From NCBI GenBank assembly GCA_964422545.1, contig CAYRBO010000016.1, positions 15,794-79,793 on the forward strand: 64,000 nt of DNA. Direction: 5' to 3'. The notes under the pieces were generated by a model. It saw only the letters and a list, made by a program, of their open reading frames with translations. It was not told the DNA's origin and ran no database searches. How positions within the stretch are numbered: position 1 is the first letter of the stretch; the number at the start of each line of letters is the position of its first letter. Of this stretch, positions 1 through 8,530 are shown piece by piece. The translations under genes were made by a program, and so were the position numbers. The stretch is from an uncultured Anaerolinea sp. Lineage in GTDB: Bacteria > Chloroflexota > Anaerolineae > Anaerolineales > Villigracilaceae.

Positions 1-165
1 CTTTGTCTGCGCTTGGCAGATTGACGAACGTAGCCAGTCTTGCCACATCTCGGCATCTCCTGGCCAAGATACCGGGACGTGGTCTTCTCGATAACGGGAA
101 ATGCAACGGATGGAAAGCGATAAACTTGCTTTGTATTTGATTTGGTCTCTGAATCGAATCATCAT

Positions 166-1338
166 CTATGGTACGTATTCATAAAGATTGTTGTTGTAAA
201 GTAGCCACAAGTTACCATTTCCGTCGCTTAATACATTTGTATCGACAGTGGAAAATTTGCACCATTTTCCCTTGGCGGGATCAAGCCATGTTAGACCCCC
301 TCCCCTTCTAAATAGAATCCTTCCGTCAGAGCTCTCAATCAAAGGAACGGGTCTGGCCCACACATAAGTGTAAAACGGGCTTATGTTTTTGGTGATAAAA
401 ATGGGCGAGCGCACAATTTGATGCCAAGTCGGATAATCTTTCGTGGTTAAATCGAGCCAGCCAAAATCATTTAGCCACAAGCGACCCAACCGGTCAAAAA
501 ATAAATCTACATACCCTTGTTCAACGAAATTACCTTCAGCGACCTCCTTCACACTAATCGTGCGCGATGTTTCAGTAGCAGGAAAATATTGCACGATTTC
601 CTTTTCTTTTGATCGTGACAGGAAAATGCTTCCATCTTGGGCGAGCGCAATTGACGCACCAAATTCATACCTTTTGCCAGAGATGTGTTTTTTCGCTTTT
701 GTGGTCTGTGGATCAAAACTATACAATGCTGTCTCATCCCGGCTGTTATGCTCTGCAACAAACCAGACAATCCCATACTCATCTATAGACTTTTTTAACT
801 CTCCCCACACACGCCAGTCCGTTGTGAGTTCTCCAGCGGCATCATCGACAAACTCAAACTTTCTATCCTCGCCCAAACGTAGGAAGAGCGGCACAGTTTT
901 ACGAGAGGTGAGTTGCAATGCCCAAACTTGACCGCTTTGAGATTGAAACAAGTTGACGGGGAGCGTTTCATCTCCATTCATCCCAAACGAAATGCTTTCC
1001 CATTGTCTGGTATCGGTTCGGTATAGGAAAAATTGATTATCAGACCTCAGCCAAAAAGTATCATAGCCTAAATGATGCTCGATCAGTTCAAGGCTTGTCT
1101 GGCTACTTTCGTTCAGAGTGGCTTGCATCTTCCATTCCGCAGGCAAAGGCACAAAGAGCGTCTCTGAAGAACTGCGGTCTTCCCTGACTGGGAATTCAAA
1201 TTCAGTAACGGGGGGAATACATCCATCATCTTTCGTCTGAGTTGGAATAGGGGTTAGTGCTAGCGATTGGGGTGCAATTGGCGCACACGCAGCTAACCCC
1301 AACACGATGGCATAAAATAGGACAAAACATTTTTTCAT
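166..1338 (-). CDS. Lipoprotein, putative immunity protein for the hydrolase-type Rhs tip upstream
   Basis: ORF 166..1356; likely start MKKCFVLFYAIVLGLAAC (signal peptide plus lipobox) at 1338. Lower GC than surroundings. It begins 6 nt after the stop of the orphan toxin cassette 1344..2777, the usual toxin-immunity arrangement. Confidence 0.45.
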   Translation of the reverse strand: MKKCFVLFYAIVLGLAACAPIAPQSLALTPIPTQTKDDGCIPPVTEFEFPVREDRSSSETLFVPLPAEWKMQATLNESSQTSLELIEHHLGYDTFWLRSDNQFFLYRTDTRQWESISFGMNGDETLPVNLFQSQSGQVWALQLTSRKTVPLFLRLGEDRKFEFVDDAAGELTTDWRVWGELKKSIDEYGIVWFVAEHNSRDETALYSFDPQTTKAKKHISGKRYEFGASIALAQDGSIFLSRSKEKEIVQYFPATETSRTISVKEVAEGNFVEQGYVDLFFDRLGRLWLNDFGWLDLTTKDYPTWHQIVRSPIFITKNISPFYTYVWARPVPLIESSDGRILFRRGGGLTWLDPAKGKWCKFSTVDTNVLSDGNGNLWLLYNNNLYEYVP

Positions 1339-1343
1339 GATTG

Positions 1344-2777
1344 TCACCTTGGCCAACCGAAGAAATCGTATATATCATTGCGGACGTATGGACTGTTGAT
1401 TACTGGATAGTGGTCCATCCTTGGATATGACTTATATCGATAAAAAGCCGTATCCGTTTGAGAAACTGAAAGCTTGGCAGTATCAATTCCACCGTAAGCA
1501 TCAGCAATGAAGACTGGAACCGCAGGAGCATTTGGCCCATTACTTGTAACCAAACCTTGCACAACTTTATCAAAATCTGAATTTTCTGGCATACCAAGAG
1601 TGCCAGCAGCAAAAGGTGGGTCGAGCAATATCACGGCATGAACCTGAGTTCCCGCATTGTGTAAATTATCAGCCACAACAACACCGGTATCTGCGCCAGC
1701 ACTAAATCCCACAATAACTACTGGCACGCCAGGGTGCTTTTCTATGATTTTTTCAGTATCGGATTGTTGCCCTGCTTTTGTACCGGGATAAGGAACATAG
1801 ATGGGTGTATAATCAGGATATTGCTTCTGCATTGTTGCTCCCCATCCAGTTAAATCTCCTTTAGACCCTGATATTCCACAATTTTCACCTTGGGCATTTA
1901 TGCTAGGACCCGTTGCTCCACACTCAAGAAGTATTATACCGGCTTGAGTTTTTGGTTTGACTGGTTTAGGCTTAGGTGGACATTTCCCCGCATCTTGGCC
2001 TGGGCAGCCGACATCATGCCCTGACGGGTCGTTATACCGGACGGGATTATTGTTCATCCCGGCATAGCGATCCCAGGCTTGCGTCCCCTGGCTCTCGAGC
2101 GGGATGATGGTATCCGCCTGGGTGAAGCGGCCTAGGCCGGGATCATACCATCTTGCGTTGTAGAACATCAGCCCAAACTCAGGGACGTTGCTGTATTGGC
2201 CGGTGTAGGTGTAGTTTGTGAAGGTGCTGCCCCAAGTATAACGGACTTCGCCCCAAGCGGTGTAGCGCATTTCGGAGGTCTTCGCGCCGGTCGAGTCGGT
2301 CGTCAGGCTGGTCGAGCCCAAATGGTCGCCGAGGATGAATTCGAGGGTCGCGGAGACGGGCACGGTGTACTTGCGCATGGCTATTCTTGTCGAACCAGCG
2401 AAATAATACTTGGTGATCGCGCTGCCAGTCTTTTCATAGTGCCCGCCAACAAAAACGGTTGTCTGTCCATCCGCTGTCGATTTTACCCGCTTTCCATCAC
2501 CGTCGTAGGTGAATTGGGCGATGGTGGCATTGTTTTTCTTGACTTCCACCACGCGATTTTCCCCTGCGGGGACGATGTCAGCGTTATACAAGAGTTGGTA
2601 CTGCCCATCGTTGGCGATGGCACGCTCTATCTGGCTGCCGTTGGCGTCATAAGTGTAGGTGTTGGGTGTGCCAGTGCCAGGTGCCAGGCGCGTTGCGGCG
2701 TGGGCGTGGGCCGAGTCGCCGTAGGTATACGCCAGGGACGCGGCGGTCCGCCTAGCGAAGCGGCCCCAAAATAACAC
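1344..2777 (-). CDS. Orphan Rhs C-terminal cassette (YD repeats + RHS core + alpha/beta-hydrolase-like toxin tip); no independent N-terminus
   Basis: Translation opens inside YD repeats (YTYDANG, FTYDGDGKRV) and continues through the core TKYYFAG...DHLGST...RYTAWGEVRYTWGST...GLMFYNARWYDPGLGRFTQAD...PVRYNDPSGH. The tip contains GFSAGADTG, a GxSxG nucleophile elbow typical of lipases and esterases. No start codon context; abuts the stop of the upstream ORF. Confidence 0.6.
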   Translation of the reverse strand: MLFWGRFARRTAASLAYTYGDSAHAHAATRLAPGTGTPNTYTYDANGSQIERAIANDGQYQLLYNADIVPAGENRVVEVKKNNATIAQFTYDGDGKRVKSTADGQTTVFVGGHYEKTGSAITKYYFAGSTRIAMRKYTVPVSATLEFILGDHLGSTSLTTDSTGAKTSEMRYTAWGEVRYTWGSTFTNYTYTGQYSNVPEFGLMFYNARWYDPGLGRFTQADTIIPLESQGTQAWDRYAGMNNNPVRYNDPSGHDVGCPGQDAGKCPPKPKPVKPKTQAGIILLECGATGPSINAQGENCGISGSKGDLTGWGATMQKQYPDYTPIYVPYPGTKAGQQSDTEKIIEKHPGVPVVIVGFSAGADTGVVVADNLHNAGTQVHAVILLDPPFAAGTLGMPENSDFDKVVQGLVTSNGPNAPAVPVFIADAYGGIDTAKLSVSQTDTAFYRYKSYPRMDHYPVINSPYVRNDIYDFFGWPR

Positions 2778-2779
2778 CG

Positions 2780-3742
2780 CTATTTGCCAAAGTCATACAA
2801 TAACTCAAAACACTTTGAACTGTTTTCGGGATGAACATACATCTCATAAAATGTCACTTCATCAATGCCGGATACATCGCTCAATTGAAGAAAAGGTCGT
2901 TCAGATGGCTCGTTCACAAATAAGAGCACCTTTCTTCCCGCTTCAGCAAATGGTATTTTGACAGAGGGATCCCACAAAAACCAAGACAATTGGTCTCCGC
3001 CAATCCTATCTGGGCAAATTTGTGGCTTTTCTTCTTTCGCGGCAGTTCCTTCGTAGACCGCTAATAATCCCTGACCTGAGTAAAATAATGCGATGGTGAA
3101 GGGTATTTCTGGGTTAATAGTTTGTCTATCCGCAAAAATCCATATTTCGTCTGGTTTACCATGCTTTTGTAGCATTTCTATCAAGGGATAATAGATGTCA
3201 GTAGAAATGGTTTGAACAACGCCATTTTCATCAATAGAAATTCCCGCGCCAATGGCGCCATCAGACACGTTAAGCGGTAGATTTTTATATGCGACCCAAT
3301 AAAAATCACTACTGAACGTGATAATTTCTGGCGACAGTGTCTCGAGAAAGTTTCGTGCTTCCTGCCAGGAGGTTTTGCCTGGCATAATACCCCACCAACA
3401 CGGCAGCTGGCAGCCGCCATTATTTGATAATAAATCCAGTACCAAGGCCTGTGCTGTTTCGGGTGAAAGCGTTGGACGCGGTATCCATGTTGGCGCAACT
3501 GATGTGGCGCGGGAAATGGGCGACTGGACTAAAAAGGGTGTTTGGGTAGATGGCTCTGTGATAATAACCCGGGGTGTTGCAGATGCAAATGCTGCTTTGC
3601 TCGGAATCTGACTGGCGGGTAACGGGAGAAAATCGATATCTGGGCGTAGGTTACAACTCGAAAATAGCAGCGCCCAAGACACAAGTGCATAAACAATCTG
3701 GATGGAATGGGATTTGGAAAGAAGTTTATTCATAATATACAC
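2780..3742 (-). CDS. Lipoprotein, putative immunity protein for the metallopeptidase-type Rhs tip
   Basis: Signal/lipobox LLFSSCN near the N-terminus (start 3742 or 3733). Begins 4 nt after the stop of cassette 3746..4726. No recognisable enzymatic motifs. Confidence 0.4.
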   Translation of the reverse strand: MYIMNKLLSKSHSIQIVYALVSWALLFSSCNLRPDIDFLPLPASQIPSKAAFASATPRVIITEPSTQTPFLVQSPISRATSVAPTWIPRPTLSPETAQALVLDLLSNNGGCQLPCWWGIMPGKTSWQEARNFLETLSPEIITFSSDFYWVAYKNLPLNVSDGAIGAGISIDENGVVQTISTDIYYPLIEMLQKHGKPDEIWIFADRQTINPEIPFTIALFYSGQGLLAVYEGTAAKEEKPQICPDRIGGDQLSWFLWDPSVKIPFAEAGRKVLLFVNEPSERPFLQLSDVSGIDEVTFYEMYVHPENSSKCFELLYDFGK

Positions 3743-3745
3743 CTT

Positions 3746-4726
3746 TCAACGGTTCAGCCAAAGCGGCATTTTTGAATTCATTAGTGTCATCCGCTGGGTT
3801 CCTAGACCACCATCGCGACCAGATAAATCCCAAGTGTTGTAAACCCAGCCAATGAACATGTCGGCGAACACCTCACTAGCTGTGTTGTCCCAGCCGAACT
3901 GCCAATTATCCCATCCGCCTGCAAAACCGTAATACCGACCATACTCATCTGTGTGATCCCCATCGGCATCTCTTAATAAATTTGCGTTCAAACTATTCTG
4001 AGCATCTTTGCCAACCACTTGGTTAAAGGCATGGCCGAGTTCATGTACGATAACGCGCATGTGGTTTTCCAGATAATTGGGAGAATCTTTAACCGAATAC
4101 AAAGTGATATGGTTATATGCGTTTGTGTATCCAGCGTTTCCGGGCTGCTCATTTGACCAGGTAAACGTAAAAATATTGCCATAAACTTTCTTGAACGCCT
4201 CAGCCGCCGATGAAACCTGCGGGCAATTATCATCCCAACCATCGCACATCTGATTGTAAGCTTGTTGAAAGGCTTTTGCCACATTTTCTACCGCAGTTCG
4301 GACTGCCTTTTTGGTTTTGGCAGTCCAGCCATTACCATCAAAGGTAATACCATACTGAGCATCGACAAATGGCAAACTCCAAGTGTCTGCACCATTGCAC
4401 TCCGGATCAGCGTTCGAGCCCGCGCAAACCGATGTATGCCCCGACGGATCGACGTACCTGAGCGGCGAATTATTGACATACGCATACCTGTCCAGCCCCT
4501 GCGCCCCTGGTGGGACAATCATATCCGCCTGGGCGAAGCGGCCCAAACCGGGGTCGTATCCCTTCCGCTGCGCTTTAGGGACGCTGCGCAGCCAGCGTGC
4601 CTGGTAAAACATTAGGCCGAAGCCTTCGGTTCCGCTGGTGGACGGGTCGTCCATGTACGAATACTGACCGGTGAAGGTGTAGTTTGTGAAGGTGCTGTTT
4701 TTACCACGAAGGAAACGACGGAACAC
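3746..4726 (-). CDS. Orphan Rhs C-terminal cassette with HExxH zinc-metallopeptidase-like toxin tip
   Basis: N-terminus LRGKNSTFTNYTFTGQYS is the truncated RHS core (diverged, ends ...RYVDPSGH). The tip carries VIVHELGHAFN, an HExxH zincin motif. The extreme N-terminus is encoded by the junction repeat 4690-4975 and is probably not genuinely coding. Confidence 0.6.
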   Translation of the reverse strand: MFRRFLRGKNSTFTNYTFTGQYSYMDDPSTSGTEGFGLMFYQARWLRSVPKAQRKGYDPGLGRFAQADMIVPPGAQGLDRYAYVNNSPLRYVDPSGHTSVCAGSNADPECNGADTWSLPFVDAQYGITFDGNGWTAKTKKAVRTAVENVAKAFQQAYNQMCDGWDDNCPQVSSAAEAFKKVYGNIFTFTWSNEQPGNAGYTNAYNHITLYSVKDSPNYLENHMRVIVHELGHAFNQVVGKDAQNSLNANLLRDADGDHTDEYGRYYGFAGGWDNWQFGWDNTASEVFADMFIGWVYNTWDLSGRDGGLGTQRMTLMNSKMPLWLNR

Positions 4727-4975
4727 GACGGAAGTGCACTCAAGGTTTTCCGTTGCGCTCCGTCGTCGCCGTTGTGGTGAAAATTTTTCGGCGCAGGCGC
4801 GTCCCTGGCCGCTGTTACGTCAGAGCTAGGCGCGCTCGTCGGCGGTCAGCAGACGTTTGTAGAGTGCCAGTTCGCAACGGGGTAATCTGGTTAGAGAGCC
4901 CCAGCCCCGGCTATGACCTGGCGTGCTGGGCAAGGCGTGTTAACTAGCGAAGCCATATCGAAACGCGGCCAATCT
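4690..4975. repeat. Cassette-junction repeat, copy A (~285 bp) with imperfect 17-bp inverted repeat
   Basis: About 200 bp are near-identical to 10370-10570 (gtgaaggtgctgtttttaccacgaagg[a/g]aacgacggaacacgacggaa...ttccgttgcgctccgtcgtcgccgttgtggtgaaaa...ggcgcgtccctggccg...gtttgtagag), then both copies rejoin at gcgaagccatat. Replaces the 5' part of the RHS core in this cassette. Confidence 0.6.
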
Positions 4976-5006
4976 CACACCGTCTGGAGATAGATATATT
5001 TTTCAT

Positions 5007-5549
5007 CTATTGCTCAACGAACAAATCCACATAAGCACCCACCGGAATCCCTGTTTTTTCATTACCGGATAATAATTCACCCACAACTAATATGCGCACA
5101 ATTTCTTCCTTACCTTCACTTCGAACATTTGGTTCAAGTATAGGGCGAACTGAGTTTGTAAAATAATTTGGTTGTGCGCCTATAATTGGGGAAAGAATAT
5201 ACCCATCTCCGCCAGTAATGCTATAGTATATAGTATCATTCCGTACTTCTACCCATCTCTTATTTTGGAGAACAAAAACTCTAACAAATAATGTGTCAGT
5301 ATTAGTTGAAAGATAGATTGACTCTCCAGAAATATTCTCAACCAAAATATGTACATCTGAACCGAACTTATATTGATCGCCTTTGATAGCTTTTACTCGT
5401 AAGTGAGTATTCATATTAGTAATTGGGATCATCTCTCCAAATAACTTTTCTAAATCGCTGGAAATAGTCGGTTGCTTTGTTGTGCAACCATGAAGACTAA
5501 AGATTAAGACAGCTATGCTAATAGCTATTTCAGCAAAGGTCGATTTCAT
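5007..5549 (-). CDS. Lipoprotein, putative immunity protein (AT-rich)
   Basis: MKSTFAEIAISIAVLIFSLHGC signal peptide plus lipobox. Markedly AT-rich. Begins 13 nt after the stop of orphan cassette 5562..6752. Confidence 0.45.
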   Translation of the reverse strand: MKSTFAEIAISIAVLIFSLHGCTTKQPTISSDLEKLFGEMIPITNMNTHLRVKAIKGDQYKFGSDVHILVENISGESIYLSTNTDTLFVRVFVLQNKRWVEVRNDTIYYSITGGDGYILSPIIGAQPNYFTNSVRPILEPNVRSEGKEEIVRILVVGELLSGNEKTGIPVGAYVDLFVEQ

Positions 5550-5561
5550 AGACGCAGACTC

Positions 5562-6752
5562 CTAAGGAAAAAGAGGCAAAGGTTGCCCGGTTTGCATAAA
5601 ATATCTCAAAGATGGCAAAGATGGTAGAGAAATTCTGATGTCAGGGTATATTCGAGACGGACCAGGAAAAGCAGAGCTCCCCAAATTTATAGATTGTTCA
5701 TACTCCAGTGTAATTGTCAGAGGGTCATTCCCGTTAAACTGCGGAGGGTTAGGAACAGAAAAATCACTACCAAACCCACTCGACAACCGAACAGAGCCAA
5801 CGGACCTCACAAGTGGCAGATTCCCACTTTCAAAAATTATCCCCGTAATATCCAAATAATCTCCTGAATAATTTACCAATGTCATATCAGATATTGCGAT
5901 ACCCGTAGCCTCATCATATGTGGCCGTGAAATGTACCCAAAAATTCGCGTCCGTATTTTGTGGGCCAACAAAACCGAACCTGAGAAAAAGTGCCAGAGCG
6001 CAAACTGGAGCACCCTGGCGGGTTCCACAAACAGACGCTTCATTAAGGGATAGAAAATCATCACTGCTTTGATCTGGAGCATTAGCAGGAGAACCACCTA
6101 TATGGTAGCCCAAATCTATTTGTCTGGAAAAGTGCCACGTTTGGGCGGGTTGCGGCGGTTGTGGAGGCGGAGGCGGGGATGTTCGCTTTTTATAACGAAT
6201 TTCGCCATCACAACCCTGTTCATCACAGGCCTTATGCCCGCTCGGGTCATTATACCTGACGGGATTATTGTTCATCCCGGCATATCTATCCCAAGCCTGG
6301 ACGCCCTGGCTCTCGAGCGGGATGATGCTGTCCGCCTGGGTGAAGCGGCCAATATAAGGGTCATACCACCTGGCGTTGTAGAACATCAGTCCAAAATCAG
6401 GGACGTTCGAGTATTGTCCGGTGTAGGTGTAGTCGGTTGGCGTGCTGCCCCAAGTATAACGGACTTCGCCCCAAGCGGTGTAGCGCATTTCGGCAATTTT
6501 CGCGCCGCTGGCGTTGGTGGTGATACTGGTCGAGCCGAGGTGGTCGGTCAGGTAATAGACCGGGTCAGTGCAAGTCGTGTCGGAGCAAGTCCGCGAGGCG
6601 ATGCGCTGGGTACCGGCGAAGTAGTATTTCGTCCAGACGGTTGCGCCGTAGGCGGAAGTTGTTAGGGCGGCGGGGCGGAGTTTGGCATACGAGGCCATCC
6701 GCCCGGTAGGTTGGGCAAGGGCGGCCAGTTTGGCGCCGCCGGAGGGGTGCAA
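5562..6752 (-). CDS. Orphan Rhs C-terminal cassette with uncharacterised toxin tip
   Basis: N-terminal ~170 aa (GGAKLAALAQP...TKYYFAGTQRIASRTCSDTTCTDPVYYLTDHLGSTSITTNASGAKIAEMRYTAWGEVRYTWGSTPTDYTYTGQYSNVP...PVRYNDPSGH) are near-identical to residues of the main Rhs protein. Then a Pro-rich linker and ~200 aa with no motif I recognise. Confidence 0.6.
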   Translation of the reverse strand: MHPSGGAKLAALAQPTGRMASYAKLRPAALTTSAYGATVWTKYYFAGTQRIASRTCSDTTCTDPVYYLTDHLGSTSITTNASGAKIAEMRYTAWGEVRYTWGSTPTDYTYTGQYSNVPDFGLMFYNARWYDPYIGRFTQADSIIPLESQGVQAWDRYAGMNNNPVRYNDPSGHKACDEQGCDGEIRYKKRTSPPPPPQPPQPAQTWHFSRQIDLGYHIGGSPANAPDQSSDDFLSLNEASVCGTRQGAPVCALALFLRFGFVGPQNTDANFWVHFTATYDEATGIAISDMTLVNYSGDYLDITGIIFESGNLPLVRSVGSVRLSSGFGSDFSVPNPPQFNGNDPLTITLEYEQSINLGSSAFPGPSRIYPDIRISLPSLPSLRYFMQTGQPLPLFP

Positions 6753-6818
6753 GGTTAGCGGGCCGATGTACCCGTCGCGCCGCGATTCGAAACCTGCCCT
6801 GAATATGAAAGGTGGTAA

Positions 6819-7211
6819 CTACCGTGGAATTCTCTTACTCTGTGAGGATTTTTTTCTGACAACATAACGCCGCGAAACATAGTAGGTGAAAAGTATGGGT
6901 AGAATGATGATTAGCGCAAAACCAATTAGAAACTCTTGTCTAGATGGCTTCCAGAACATGACTATGGTCAAGTATATTCCTAGTAGAAGGCCAAATATTT
7001 GTCCTCTAAATCCATCTACGCTCATCGTTCCTCTCGGATAATCAGCATTGATCGGAGTACCACAAAGATAATATAGCCATTTTGGGGGAACAATAATTTT
7101 ATCGACATTTTCTTTGGTTGTTCGTTTCGACATAACATGAGTAGTGATAAAAAAGCCAAGTATCCACGAACCTATTGCCAGTATCAAAAGGGGCTCCATA
7201 CGATGCTCCAA
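6819..7211 (-). CDS. Small polytopic membrane protein, putative immunity protein
   Basis: Three to four hydrophobic helices, AT-rich, begins ~20 nt after the stop of cassette 7233..8165. Confidence 0.4.
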   Translation of the reverse strand: MEHRMEPLLILAIGSWILGFFITTHVMSKRTTKENVDKIIVPPKWLYYLCGTPINADYPRGTMSVDGFRGQIFGLLLGIYLTIVMFWKPSRQEFLIGFALIIILPILFTYYVSRRYVVRKKSSQSKRIPR

Positions 7212-7232
7212 TATCCAATATTTGAAATAATT

Positions 7233-8503
7233 TCATCTTAGCTCTTGACGATTTTGTTTATTTTTATGTGGGATTTCTCCGAGGGAATCTACCCAATTAA
7301 GCCAATGGTTCTGCACGGTCGCAATACTTAAACTCCTCGCTAAATTATAAGTCACTGTTCCTGCCGTTTTAGAACCTGATACTGTCGTTACTACGGTATC
7401 CGCTAATTCGGCAGTAAAACCAAAACCATAGCCACCAACAGCCGCACTCCCAAAATCCATCCCTCCGGTAGGGGATAAATCGTCATCAAACTGGTCATTC
7501 AAAGCGATGGATGCTTGTGCTCCTAATGCATTTATTCCAGCCCTCGCCGCTTGGGCTGTAAAGCTACTTGCAACTTTTGCTTCTAAAACGGCAGGGCCGG
7601 TCAATGCGACAGCAGCACCCGTAGCCATACCAATTAAGGCATTGCCGGTCATTTCTTGTGAATTGTAACTTTCACCAGCTGTGACAGAATAAGCCGCAGC
7701 TGATGTAGCGGCACCTACACCTGCACCGAAGAGAGTAGCCCCAATAGCTGTCCCTGCTCCTGCGCCAACTCCTGAACCAATCAACAACCCTGCTGTTGCG
7801 CCAACAAAAGCAGCTTGCATGTAATCTCTCGGTGTCAAATTTGGATGGGTAAAATACACAATCGCAACACCAACTACAGCCCCTCCCACTAATCCTACAA
7901 GACATGTAGGACAATGCCCTGACGGGTCATTGTACCTGACGGGATTATTATTCATCCCGGCGTACCTGTCCCAAGCCTGGACGCCCTGGCTCTCGAGCGG
8001 GATGATGGTATCCGCCTGGGTGAAGCGGCCTAATTGGCCGTCGTACCACCTTGCGTTATAGTAATACAGCCCAAACTCAGGGACGTTGCTGTATTGACCG
8101 GTATAAGTGTAGTCGGTGGGCGTGCTGCCCCAAGTATAGCGCGCATCGCCCCAGGCGGTACCCACTCCGCTGCGCTACGGGGGGCTGCGCGCTAGCGCAT
8201 TTCGGCAATTTTCGCGCCGTTGGCGTTGGTGGTGATACTCGTCGAGCCAAGGTGGTTGGTCAGGTAATAGGCCGGGTCAGTGCAAGTCGTGTCGGAGCAA
8301 GTCCGCGAGGCGATGCGGAATGCCCCGGCAAAGTAGTATTTCGTCCAGGTGGTCGCGCCGTAGGCGTAGTTGGTCAGGGCTGCGGGGCGGGTTTTCCCGA
8401 CCTGACGGCGGGACGATGTCGGCCATCCGGCCATGCGCCCGGCGGGTTGTGCGAGCGCGGCCAGTTTCGCGCCGGTGGCTGGCGCAGGACGAATTTTAGT
8501 CAC
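7233..8503 (-). pseudogene. Disrupted orphan Rhs C-terminal cassette (glycine-zipper tip paralogous to the main Rhs tip)
   Basis: ORFs 8192..8503 (GAKLAALAQPAGRMA...TKYYFAG...GAKIAEMR) and 7233..8165 (ARYTWGSTPTDYTYTG...DPSGHC, then a Gly/Ala-rich tip ending KQNRQELR like the main protein's KHKQELR) are in different frames. A ~35-bp insertion (acccactccgctgcgctacggggggctgcgcgc) at 8165-8200 interrupts the conserved AEMRYTAWGEVRYTW segment. Confidence 0.5.
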
Positions 8504-8530
8504 TCACCCATATCCGCGATCTGTAGTGAA

